Origin: Monocercomonoides exilis PA203
Lineage: Eukaryota > Protista > Preaxostyla
Length of the DNA: 64,000 nt
Reading direction: 5' to 3'
NCBI GenBank assembly: GCA_001643675.2
Contig: LSRY02000027.1
Span: 1-64,000, forward strand
Both the position numbers and the translations under genes were made by a program. Each line of letters begins with the position of its first letter. The stretch's first letter is position 1. Positions 11,901 through 23,559 of this stretch are shown in pieces. The notes under the pieces were generated by a model, which was given only the letters and a program-made list of their open reading frames with translations, ran no database searches and was not told the DNA's origin.

Positions 11901-14900
11901 AAGTGAGGGTGAGGTTGAGAGAGAGAGAGGGAAATGGATGGGTTGAGAGAAAGAGAGAGAGGAAAGAGTGGGGAGTCAGAGAGGTTGGGAGAGGCGAGTG
12001 CTGCACAGGGGCTGCACAGATGGTGCACAGCGCTGTAGCGCTCATCCCTTCTTACTCGCCTTCACTCTGCGAATGAAGTGTGGGAGAGAGGGGAGTTGGG
12101 GAAGAGAGGAGAATGAGGGAGAAAGAGAGGTTAGAGAGGGAAGAGAAAAAAGAATAAAAAAAAATCGTGTGGGATGAAGGGATGGAGAGAGAAGGATTTG
12201 GAGTGCAGGGATGGGGTGCACACCCTATGAGGTAAATTATAAAAATAGGAGAAAAAGGAGAGGAAAGAAAAGTGAGGGTGAGGTTGAGAGAGAGAGAGGG
12301 AAATGGATGGGTTGAGAGAAAGAGAGAGAGGAAAGAGTGGGGAGTCAGAGAGGTTGGGAGAGGCGAGTGCTGCACAGGGGCTGCACAGATGGTGCACAGC
12401 GCTGCAGCGCTCATCCCTTCTTACTCGCCTTCACTCCGCGAATGAAGTGTGGGAGAGAGGGGAGTTGGGGAAGAGAGGAGAATGAGGGAGAAAGAGAGGT
12501 TAGAGAGGGAAGAGAAAAAAAGAATAAAAAAAATCGTGTGGGATGAAGGGATGGAGAGAGAAGGATTTGGAGTGCAGGGATGGGGTGCACACCCTATGAG
12601 GTAAATTATAAAAAATAGGAGAAAAAGGAGAGGAAAGAAAAGTGAGGGTGAGGTTGAGAGAGAGAGAGGGAAATGGATGGGTTGAGAGAAAGAGAGAGAG
12701 GAAAGAGTGGGGAGTCAGAGAGGTTGGGAGAGGCGAGTGCTGCACAGGGGCTGCACAGATGGTGCACAGCGCTGTAGCGCTCATCCTCTTACTCGCCTTC
12801 ACTCTGCGAATGAAGTGTGGGAGAGAGGGAGTTGGGGAAGAGAGGAGAATGAGGGAGAAAGAGAGGTTAGAGAGGGAAGAGAAAAAAAGAATAAAAAAAA
12901 ATCGTGTGGGATGAAGGGATGGAGAGAGAAGGATTTGGAGTGCAGGGATGGGGTGCACACCCTATGAGGTAAATTATAAAAAATAGGAGAAAAAGGAGAG
13001 GAAAGAAAAGTGAGGGTGAGGTTGAGAGAGAGAGAGGGAAATGGATGGGTTGAGAGAAAGAGAGAGAGGAAAGAGTGGGGAGTCAGAGAGGTTGGGAGAG
13101 GCGAGTGCTGCACAGGGGCTGCACAGATGGTGCACAGCGCTGTAGCGCTCATCCCTCTTACTCGCCTTCACTCTGCGAATGAAGTGTGGGAGAGAGGGAG
13201 TTGGGGAAGAGAGGAGAATGAGGGAGAAAGAGAGGTTAGAGAGGGAAGAGAAAAAAAGAATAAAAAAAATCGTGTGGGATGAAGGGATGGAGAGAGAAGG
13301 ATTTGGAGTGCAGGGATGGGGTGCACACCCTATGAGGTAAATTATAAAAAATAGGAGAAAAAGGAGAGGAAAGAAAAGTGAGGGTGAGGTTGAGAGAGAG
13401 AGAGGGAAATGGATGGGTTGAGAGAAAGAGAGAGAGGAAAGAGTGGGGAGTCAGAGAGGTTGGGAGAGGCGAGTGCTGCACAGGGGCTGCACAGATGGTG
13501 CACAGCGCTGTAGCGCTCATCCCTCTTACTCGCCTTCACTCTGCGAATGAAGTGTGGGAGAGAGGGGAGTTGGGGAAGAGAGGAGAATGAGGGAGAAAGA
13601 GAGGTTAGAGAGGGAAGAGAAAAAAAGAATAAAAAAATCGTGTGGGATGAAGGGATGGAGAGAGAAGGATTTGGAGTGCAGGGATGGGGTGCACACCCTA
13701 TGAGGTAAATTATAAAAATAGGAGAAAAAGGAGAGGAAAGAAAAGTGAGGGTGAGGTTGAGAGAGAGAGAGGGAAATGGATGGGTTGAGAGAAAGAGAGA
13801 GAGGAAAGAGTGGGGAGTCAGAGAGGTTGGGAGAGGCGAGTGCTGCACAGGGGCTGCACAGATGGTGCACAGCGCTGTAGCGCTCATCCTCTACTCGCCT
13901 TCACTCTGCGAATGAAGTGTGGGAGAGAGGGAGTTGGGGAAGAGAGGAGAATGAGGGAGAAAGAGAGGTTAGAGAGGGAAGAGAAAAAAAGAATAAAAAA
14001 AAATCGTGTGGGATGAAGGGATGGAGAGAGAAGGATTTGGAGTGCAGGGATGGGGTGCACACCCTATGAGGTAAATTATAAAAAATAGGAGAAAAAGGAG
14101 AGGAAAGAAAAGTGAGGGTGAGGTTGAGAGAGAGAGAGGGAAATGGATGGGTTGAGAGAAAGAGAGAGAGGAAAGAGTGGGGAGTCAGAGAGGTTGGGAG
14201 AGGCGAGTGCTGCACAGGGGCTGCACAGATGGTGCACAGCGCTGTAGCGCTCATCCCTTCTTACTCGCCTTCACTCTGCGAATGAAGTGTGGGAGAGAGG
14301 GGAGTTGGGGAAGAGAGGAGAATGAGGGAGAAAGAGAGGTTAGAGAGGGAAGAGAAAAAAGAATAAAAAAAATCGTGTGGGATGAAGGGATGGAGAGAGA
14401 AGGATTTGGAGTGCAGGGATGGGGTGCACACCCTATGAGGTAAATTATAAAAAATAGGAGAAAAAAGGAGAGGAAAGAAAAGTGAGGGTGAGGTTGAGAG
14501 AGAGAGAGGGAAATGGATGGGTTGAGAGAAAGAGAGAGAGGAAAGAGTGGGGAGTCAGAGAGGTTGGGAGAGGCGAGTGCTGCACAGGGGCTGCACAGAT
14601 GGTGCACAGCGCTGCAGCGCTCATCCCTCTTACTCGCCTTCACTCTGCGAATGAAGTGTGGGAGAGAGGGGAGTTGGGGAAGAGAGGAGAATGAGGGAGA
14701 AAGAGAGGTTAGAGAGGGAAGAGAAAAAAAGAATAAAAAAAAATCGTGTGGGATGAAGGGATGGAGAGAGAAGGATTTGGAGTGCAGGGATGGGGTGCAC
14801 ACCCTATGAGGTAAATTATAAAAAATAGGAGAAAAAGGAGAGGAAAGAAAAGTGAGGGTGAGGTTGAGAGAGAGAGAGGGAAATGGATGGGTTGAGAGAA

Positions 14901-17900
14901 AGAGAGAGAGGAAAGAGTGGGGAGTCAGAGAGGTTGGGAGAGGCGAGTGCTGCACAGGGGCTGCACAGATGGTGCACAGCGCTGCAGCGCTCATCCCTCT
15001 TACTCGCCTTCACTCTGCGAATGAAGTGTGGGAGAGAGGGGAGTTGGGGAAGAGAGGAGAATGAGGGAGAAAGAGAGGTTAGAGAGGGAAGAGAAAAAAA
15101 GAATAAAAAAAATCGTGTGGGATGAAGGGATGGAGAGAGAAGGATTTGGAGTGCAGGGATGGGGTGCACACCCTATGAGGTAAATTATAAAAATAGGAGA
15201 AAAAAAGGAGAGGAAAGAAAAGTGAGGGTGAGGTTGAGAGAGAGAGAGGGAAATGGATGGGTTGAGAGAAAGAGAGAGAGGAAAGAGTGGGGAGTCAGAG
15301 AGGTTGGGAGAGGCGAGTGCTGCACAGGGGCTGCACAGATGGTGCACAGCGCTGTAGCGCTCATCCCTCTTACTCGCCTTCACTCTGCGAATGAAGTGTG
15401 GGAGAGAGGGAGTTGGGGAAGAGAGGAGAATGAGGGAGAAAGAGAGGTTAGAGAGGGAAGAGAAAAAAAGAATAAAAAAAAATCGTGTGGGATGAAGGGA
15501 TGGAGAGAGAAGGATTTGGAGTGCAGGGATGGGGTGCACACCCTATGAGGTAAATTATAAAAAATAGGAGAAAAAGGAGAGGAAAGAAAAGTGAGGGTGA
15601 GGTTGAGAGAGAGAGAGGGAAATGGATGGGTTGAGAGAAAGAGAGAGAGGAAAGAGTGGGGAGTCAGAGAGGTTGGGAGAGGCGAGTGCTGCACAGGGGC
15701 TGCACAGATGGTGCACAGCGCTGTAGCGCTCATCCCTTCTACTCGCCTTCACTCTGCGAATGAAGTGTGGGAGAGAGGGGAGTTGGGGAAGAGAGGAGAA
15801 TGAGGGAGAAAGAGAGGTTAGAGAGGGAAGAGAAAAAAAGAATAAAAAAAAATCGTGTGGGATGAAGGGATGGAGAGAGAAGGATTTGGAGTGCAGGGAT
15901 GGGGTGCACACCCTATGAGGTAAATTATAAAAAATAGGAGAAAAAGGAGAGGAAAGAAAAGTGAGGGTGAGGTTGAGAGAGAGAGAGGGAAATGGATGGG
16001 TTGAGAGAAAGAGAGAGAGGAAAGAGTGGGGAGTCAGAGAGGTTGGGAGAGGCGAGTGCTGCACAGGGGCTGCACAGATGGTGCACAGCGCTGCAGCGCT
16101 CATCCCTCTTACTCGCCTTCACTCTGCGAATGAAGTGTGGGAGAGAGGGGAGTTGGGGAAGAGAGGAGAATGAGGGAGAAAGAGAGGTTAGAGAGGGAAG
16201 AGAAAAAAAGAATAAAAAAAATCGTGTGGGATGAAGGGATGGAGAGAGAAGGATTTGGAGTGCAGGGATGGGGTGCACACCCTATGAGGTAAATTATAAA
16301 AAATAGGAGAAAAAAGGAGAGGAAAGAAAAGTGAGGGTGAGGTTGAGAGAGAGAGAGGGAAATGGATGGGTTGAGAGAAAGAGAGAGAGGAAAGAGTGGG
16401 GAGTCAGAGAGGTTGGGAGAGGCGAGTGCTGCACAGGGGCTGCACAGATGGTGCACAGCGCTGTAGCGCTCATCCCTCTTACTCGCCTTCACTCTGCGAA
16501 TGAAGTGTGGGAGAGAGGGAGTTGGGGAAGAGAGGAGAATGAGGGAGAAAGAGAGGTTAGAGAGGGAAGAGAAAAAAGAATAAAAAAAATCGTGTGGGAT
16601 GAAGGGATGGAGAGAGAAGGATTTGGAGTGCAGGGATGGGGTGCACACCCTATGAGGTAAATTATAAAAATAGGAGAAAAAGGAGAGGAAAGAAAAGTGA
16701 GGGTGAGGTTGAGAGAGAGAGAGGGAAATGGATGGGTTGAGAGAAAGAGAGAGAGGAAAGAGTGGGGAGTCAGAGAGGTTGGGAGAGGCGAGTGCTGCAC
16801 AGGGGCTGCACAGATGGTGCACAGCGCTGCAGCGCTCATCCCTCTTACTCGCCTTCACTCTGCGAATGAAGTGTGGGAGAGAGGGGAGTTGGGGAAGAGA
16901 GGAGAATGAGGGAGAAAGAGAGGTTAGAGAGGGAAGAGAAAAAAAGAATAAAAAAAATCGTGTGGGATGAAGGGATGGAGAGAGAAGGATTTGGAGTGCA
17001 GGGATGGGGTGCACACCCTATGAGGTAAATTATAAAAAATAGGAGAAAAAAGGAGAGGAAAGAAAAGTGAGGGTGAGGTTGAGAGAGAGAGAGGGAAATG
17101 GATGGGTTGAGAGAAAGAGAGAGAGGAAAGAGTGGGGAGTCAGAGAGGTTGGGAGAGGCGAGTGCTGCACAGGGGCTGCACAGATGGTGCACAGCGCTGT
17201 AGCGCTCATCCCTTCTTACTCGCCTTCACTCTGCGAATGAAGTGTGGGAGAGAGGGAGTTGGGGAAGAGAGGAGAATGAGGGAGAAAGAGAGGTTAGAGA
17301 GGGAAGAGAAAAAAAGAATAAAAAAAATCGTGTGGGATGAAGGGATGGAGAGAGAAGGATTTGGAGTGCAGGGATGGGGTGCACACCCTATGAGGTAAAT
17401 TATAAAAAATAGGAGAAAAAAGGAGAGGAAAGAAAAGTGAGGGTGAGGTTGAGAGAGAGAGAGGGAAATGGATGGGTTGAGAGAAAGAGAGAGAGGAAAG
17501 AGTGGGGAGTCAGAGAGGTTGGGAGAGGCGAGTGCTGCACAGGGGCTGCACAGATGGTGCACAGCGCTGCAGCGCTCATCCCTCTTACTCGCCTTCACTC
17601 TGCGAATGAAGTGTGGGAGAGAGGGGAGTTGGGGAAGAGAGGAGAATGAGGGAGAAAGAGAGGTTAGAGAGGGAAGAGAAAAAAAGAATAAAAAAAAATC
17701 GTGTGGGATGAAGGGATGGAGAGAGAAGGATTTGGAGTGCAGGGATGGGGTGCACACCCTATGAGGTAAATTATAAAAAATAGGAGAAAAAGGAGAGGAA
17801 AGAAAAGTGAGGGTGAGGTTGAGAGAGAGAGAGGGAAATGGATGGGTTGAGAGAAAGAGAGAGAGGAAAGAGTGGGGAGTCAGAGAGGTTGGGAGAGGCG

Positions 17901-18712
17901 AGTGCTGCACAGGGGCTGCACAGATGGTGCACAGCGCTGTAGCGCTCATCCCTTCTACTCGCCTTCACTCTGCGAATGAAGTGTGGGAGAGAGGGAGTTG
18001 GGGAAGAGAGGAGAATGAGGGAGAAAGAGAGGTTAGAGAGGGAAGAGAAAAAAAGAATAAAAAAAATCGTGTGGGATGAAGGGATGGAGAGAGAAGGATT
18101 TGGAGTGCAGGGATGGGGTGCACACCCTATGAGGTAAATTATAAAAAATAGGAGAAAAAGGAGAGGAAAGAAAAGTGAGGGTGAGGTTGAGAGAGAGAGA
18201 GGGAAATGGATGGGTTGAGAGAAAGAGAGAGAGGAAAGAGTGGGGAGTCAGAGAGGTTGGGAGAGGCGAGTGCTGCACAGGGGCTGCACAGATGGTGCAC
18301 AGCGCTGTAGCGCTCATCCCTTCTTACTCGCCTTCACTCTGCGAATGAAGTGTGGGAGAGAGGGAGTTGGGGAAGAGAGGAGAATGAGGGAGAAAGAGAG
18401 GTTAGAGAGGGAAGAGAAAAAAAGAATAAAAAAAAATCGTGTGGGATGAAGGGATGGAGAGAGAAGGATTTGGAGTGCAGGGATGGGGTGCACACCCTAT
18501 GAGGTAAATTATAAAAAATAGGAGAAAAAGGAGAGGAAAGAAAAGTGAGGGTGAGGTTGAGAGAGAGAGAGGGAAATGGATGGGTTGAGAGAAAGAGAGA
18601 GAGGAAAGAGTGGGGAGTCAGAGAGGTTGGGAGAGGCGAGTGCTGCACAGGGGCTGCACAGATGGTGCACAGCGCTGCAGCGCTTCATCTTTCTACTCGC
18701 CTTCACTCTGCG
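2963..18712. repeat. Subtelomeric tandem satellite, ~369-bp unit, ~43 copies
   Basis: Near-identical unit GGGATGAAGGGATGGAGAGAGAAGG...GCGAGTGCTGCACAGGGGCTGCACAGATGGTGCACAGCGCTG(C/T)AGCGCTCATCCC...ATCGTGT recurs every ~368-370 nt. The plus strand is strongly purine-rich. The last unit diverges after CACTCTGCGA at ~18712. Confidence 0.99.
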
Positions 18713-19208
18713 ATTCGAAGTCTCGCCAAAAACGATGCTTCGCATGTTTTTCGCTCGACTTTGTACTCGAGTTCAGGCTCGCAAAACTTTCAATACTTAT
18801 TTAATGTTTTTATTTTTATCAATTATCATTATTATTTCATATTTATTGCAATTGTGTATTTTTATAATTTTTATTTCTTTATTTTTCGAATATTTCAATA
18901 ATGAACTCAAATAATAATGAATTATTAATCAAAGAATGTAATGAACAATATTTGTAGTTAATATTTATCGATAATTAATTATTGTATTTTATTAATTAAT
19001 TTTTTTCGATATTAGTTTAATTTATTCATAGATACCACAATTTAATTTATGAAAATATCAATTTTCCCTTAAATTGAAATGAAAAATATAACTAAAAAGG
19101 GTTGCCATTTTTTTGGTGTTACGAAATTGTGAACATATAGAAATGTTGTCAAGAAATTATGTTAAATTTGTCCCACATCCAAAGTGCACAGCGCAGTTTA
19201 ATAAATCG

Positions 19209-21864
19209 ATGTCCAGAAGCGTTATGAGCGACAGTGAAGATGGTTCCATATCGAAAACTGTTTTGATCTCATCCAAGCCAAAGTTCAGAACTCCTTTGAT
19301 GAAGAAGATCTCACAGTTTGAATCAGAGAGCAAAGTCAAAGAAGAAATGCAGAAGCCAATGGAAAGCAAGAAGAAGAAAGAGGTGTTCGTGATAGATTTA
19401 TCTGAAGATTCAGACATTGAAGGCGATTCGTGTAGCATGGAAACATTGAGTTCTTCTTCATCATCTGAATCGGAATATGCCTTTGACCTGAGAAAGATGC
19501 GAAAGATAAAAATTAAAAATCATTCAGGTTGTCGCAAGATTGTTAAGAAAGATGACACAACCGATTTCACTGAAAGCAGTTCTTCGGGTTCGATGGAAAA
19601 GTGCAGACAAATTGGAAAGAAGAAACAGAAGAAGTCTAGTTCAATAAAGACTGCGAAATTAAAAGGAAAGACAGAGCAGATAAAGGTGAGTTCTGAAGGT
19701 TCATTGATATCAGCATTGTTGAAGCAGAATGTGGAAAACAAGCAGTTTGATCTGAATGAAGGAAAAGAAAGATCATCAATGCATGAAGTTATCACAGAAT
19801 CAATCAGAATAGATGATAAATTGGAAGTTAAAGGAAAAGATCAAGAGAAACCTTCAAGTTCTCAAAAGACTCTTGGGAAGAACAGCATCAGGAAGGTTGC
19901 AATTCAAAGGAAAACGAAAGTGTTTCAAAAACGAATGAACTGTCGGAACAAGCAATATCTGAAGGTTATGAGAAGTGCATTTGTCCTGTTAGCACACCAA
20001 TTTCTAATCGTTCTGTCAATGAATTTGATACAATAAAAAAAATAAGATCGATGTCTGAAGATGAATTGAATTCTTTTGAAGAGCCAGGAGCAGTGTATAG
20101 CGAGTCAACACTTAAAAAACATGCATGGGTTCAAAAGGTTTATGATGCATTTTGTGAAATGAAAGATATGAATGGATTTCCATTGGATGAGAAGAACATC
20201 ACATCCTTTCTCCGATTTTGTTACAGAAGTCGCATTTACACCAGAGATACAGTGGAAAATGTCTTTGCTTGTAGCTTAAAACGTATAAATACGGAAATTA
20301 CTGGACAGAGGTTAACAGAAGAAGTCAGAGATGCAATTTCACTCGTTATAAAGGAAGGGCGAGTGGATAAAGGTGTTAAGCCGAACGGATGTGGAAAAGA
20401 ACCATGCCTTTTGAAGGACGTGGAAAGAATCGTTGAAAATACAAGTGACTTGCATCCAGACAAAGCTATGGAGGCTTCACTGTGGTTGACAGCAGTTTCC
20501 ACGGGTGCGAGAGCTGTCACAATGTGCAACGTGCTGTTATCAGACATAGGTGTTATTCTTGATGCAGTGGGGAAAGACACAAAAGTTCTCAAAATGAAGT
20601 TTCGAGTAACCAAAGGGAATATCAGGTGGAACCATGATGTCACATTGGAAGGCAATCTTGAAGAGAGGACAAATACGAATGTGTTATATTGGTTGAACGA
20701 GCATTTGAAGAAAAGCTTTAAATTGGATCTTCATAATCGAGATTGTTGGGTTCTCACAGAAACGCAAAAGGAACAAAAAATATGGAATTGGAGAAGAGAT
20801 TCCATGTCAATGCGGTTGAGGCTACGAGCAAGAGCAGCGGGATATCCAATTAACCTTTTTCGTTCCATTCTTTTAGAAGTGGATTCATGTGTTCGGCTCT
20901 TTTAGCAACAGGTTTGGATGCACATTCGCGCGACTCAACTTTCACATTCACAGCTGCAATTGCGGGATGGGTTCCCAATTCTGCTGTGCAGCAAAGATAT
21001 GCAAAGAATGCAATATCTGCCACAATCGTTTCAAGCAGAATTGGGAATCCAGACGTTGATGGAAAAGAAGTGATAGAAAAAGCATTGTTGGATATTGAAG
21101 TTTTCCACAACATCAAGTTAGATAAAAATTGCAATCATAACGTTAGCGATCGTTTTGCAGTGCGGAAGGTTCGGATATATTTCAAAAGCAGGATTGCTGT
21201 AAATGGCATAACAGGATCAAATGAAAAAACGACAAAGAAGAAACGATATTATTACAAACAACGTGCATGGAGGTCAGCTATTTGCAGCTATGTCAAGAAT
21301 GACGCAATGATGGAGAGAAACGCATATGAAATATATTCAAAACATAAAAACTTCAAAAAATCGAGATGTCGACATTCAACAATTTTGAATGGCAGAATGG
21401 AAGTTGGATTGAGAAAGATTGCGCAAAGGATTGAAGAGGGAGAAGACGAAAATAAGATAGCGGAGGAGTTGATTGAGTTAGTGGACAAAGAGGAGATGGA
21501 AGGGAAAAAGGAAATGAAGCAAATAAAGAGAAAAAAGGTGTATAATTATGACGCAGCACTGCAGAGGGAGAGAGATGAAAATGGAAGGAGAAAGAGATTG
21601 AGATGGAGCGAGGAAGAAGATGAGACATTGAAAAGGATGCGGAAGGAAGGAAAGAGTTACTCGGAGATGGCGGAGGAGCTTAGGATTAGATTACCGACAG
21701 ACTGCAGAGACAGATTGATAAACTTGGGTTTGGTTGAAGGATGGACAACTATGGCAGGGCTGAAGATGAGAACGAGGAAGACATTGATTGAGCATGTCAA
21801 AGAAGAAGTTCTGAAGGATGAAAAACAAACTGAGAGTGAGGATAAAGAGAAGGATGAAAAGTAA
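19209..21864 (+). CDS. Tyrosine recombinase with low-complexity N-terminus and C-terminal Myb/SANT-like domain (copy 1; two apparent frameshifts)
   Basis: ORFs 19113-20036, 20051-20905 and 20887-21864 join through two frame changes. The frame of the 20051 ORF is open back to ~19832. Adding one T to the run at 20856-20860 gives NLFSFHSFRSGFMCSALL. Catalytic motifs: TGAR (20501-20512), TKGN, HSFR (20866-20877), AGW, QRY (Tyr 20998-21000). Myb-like RKRLRWSEEEDETL...RLPTDCRDRLINL at ~21589-21726. The start at ATG 19209 is a best guess. Confidence 0.85.
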
Positions 21865-22114
21865 TTACAGAAGGTTCGCACATGCAATGCTGTGCGATAA
21901 TCACTCAATTTACCTTTTTATTTATTAATTTTCATTTTGACGATCGCAGTTTTTCAAGTTAGATTAATTCTTCATTGACTTTTATTGTTTAATCCAATTT
22001 GATATTTGCGCTTTTATTTTCGCATTTAGCGAGTTCACAAGGTTTTATTTGAAATATAAATAATCCAAATTAAATGTAAAATGCACTTTTCTTTATTTTC
22101 GCACATTCTTAAAA

Positions 22115-22300
22115 TTGCGCAACTGTGTAAGTTAGATGACACCGTCAGTTGTGATAACGCGCGCACTTTATCAAAATGAATTCGACGAAGTTGAATTCAT
22201 TTTGACTGTAAACGAAGCCCAATGGGGAGGAGGCTTCGATTACAGGTGCGCGCTGGGGTGGGTGGGAGGACAGCGCGCCAGAGCCTCCCATAATGGGAGA
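22115..22300. ncRNA. GC-rich multi-hairpin structured element (ncRNA or ssDNA structure), function unknown
   Basis: 13-bp perfect stem 22171-22183/22193-22205 extended to a cGAAg loop. Further stems at 22206-22219/22232-22245, 22159-22166/22246-22253, 22248-22255/22271-22278 and 22285-22291/22293-22299. Confidence 0.45.
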
Positions 22301-23495
22301 TTTTTGTGAAAAATGCACTTTTAAAGGCCACTTTTCTTTGTCAATTTTTCTTTTTTTTTGGCTAATTCTTCAAATTTTTTTGAAAAAATTTCCTGTCATA
22401 ATCGGTAATTTCAATAATTTCAGATAAATAAATTTATCTATGTTTCGTGATAATTGTAATTTCATTGGGTTGATTTGATTTTCATGATTCACATATATGA
22501 TTTCAATAATTATTATAAATCATATCATTGTTTTATTATCTTTTCCTGATAATTTTAATATATTGAATATTCAATTTGAAATTCATTTGCGATAAAGAAA
22601 TTAAGTTTGAAAGATTTGAAACATTTACAAACTGATACCAAAGTGATTGATCACTTTTCCTTTTCATTTAAATTTCATTCTTTTGGATAAATGAAAATAA
22701 ATAGGTTGACTCTTCAAACAAAAATTCGAAAGATATCATGAAAGTTAATTAAGATCGAAGAAAATAAATATGATTGAGCACATTCATGTGAACACATTCA
22801 TATAATTGACAACCACATGGGTTAATATTCAAGCTATGTTGAACAACATTCATGGATTAAAGCAACAATTTCTTAAATAATAACACTTTGGGATATTAAA
22901 ATGTAGTCAAATGGGTTCAAATCACGAAATGTTTTTGAAGAAAGTTAAGATAGACTAATGGGAGATCAACATTTTGTCACATGGCCGATCTAACTCTAAC
23001 ATATTTTTTCCTATTTTATAAAAAATAAATTTATTAAAAAAATGAATATTTTTGGGTTAGAATGACAATAATAATAAGCAATTAATTAATTTTTAATTTT
23101 TTCTTTTTTTCTCCAATATTATATTATTACACACAACACACAACTAGCACACTGGTATAATATCTCCCTCCAATTCAGTCTTCCCAGTGAGATATAAATT
23201 ATTTTTTATTTTTCTTCATTGATAAAAATCGAAGGTTATTTTGATATATAATGCTATATAATTTACCATACACTTATTATAGATGAAAAACATGACTAAT
23301 AAACAAAATACTAATTCATAATTTCACTAATGTGTAGTATCAAATCACTCAAAAATACACTTTTCTTAGGACTTCTTACAAAAAGTGATAATCGTAGGTT
23401 CTTGTCAAAAATTGATGTCAAAATGATACTAAAATTACGTACAATGTGTTGATGATAACATGTGCTAACCCCCACTTTTTTTCCATGCACAGATG

Positions 23496-23527
23496 AACCC
23501 CTAACACTAACCGAACCTAACCTAGGG
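23496..23527 (+). repeat. Degenerate interstitial telomere-like tract ending in AACCTAACCTAGGG
   Basis: AACCCCTAACACTAACCGAACCTAACCTAGGG. The last 14 nt are identical to the telomere/satellite junction at 2952-2965. Confidence 0.7.
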
Positions 23528-23559
23528 CCAGGAATGGAAAAAGAGAAAAAAGAGATTTT

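Noticed and set aside
2963-18712. CRISPR-like array or rDNA/5S/SL-RNA tandem gene array
   Set aside because: There are no unique spacers, and I recognise no rRNA, 5S, tRNA or snRNA sequence in the unit.
2955-18914. Dozens of short ORFs on both strands in the satellite
   Set aside because: They are by-products of a low-complexity tandem repeat; frames change with every homopolymer indel.
22372-22391. AAATTTTTTTGAAAAAATTT inverted repeat
   Set aside because: Expected by chance in A/T-run-rich DNA.
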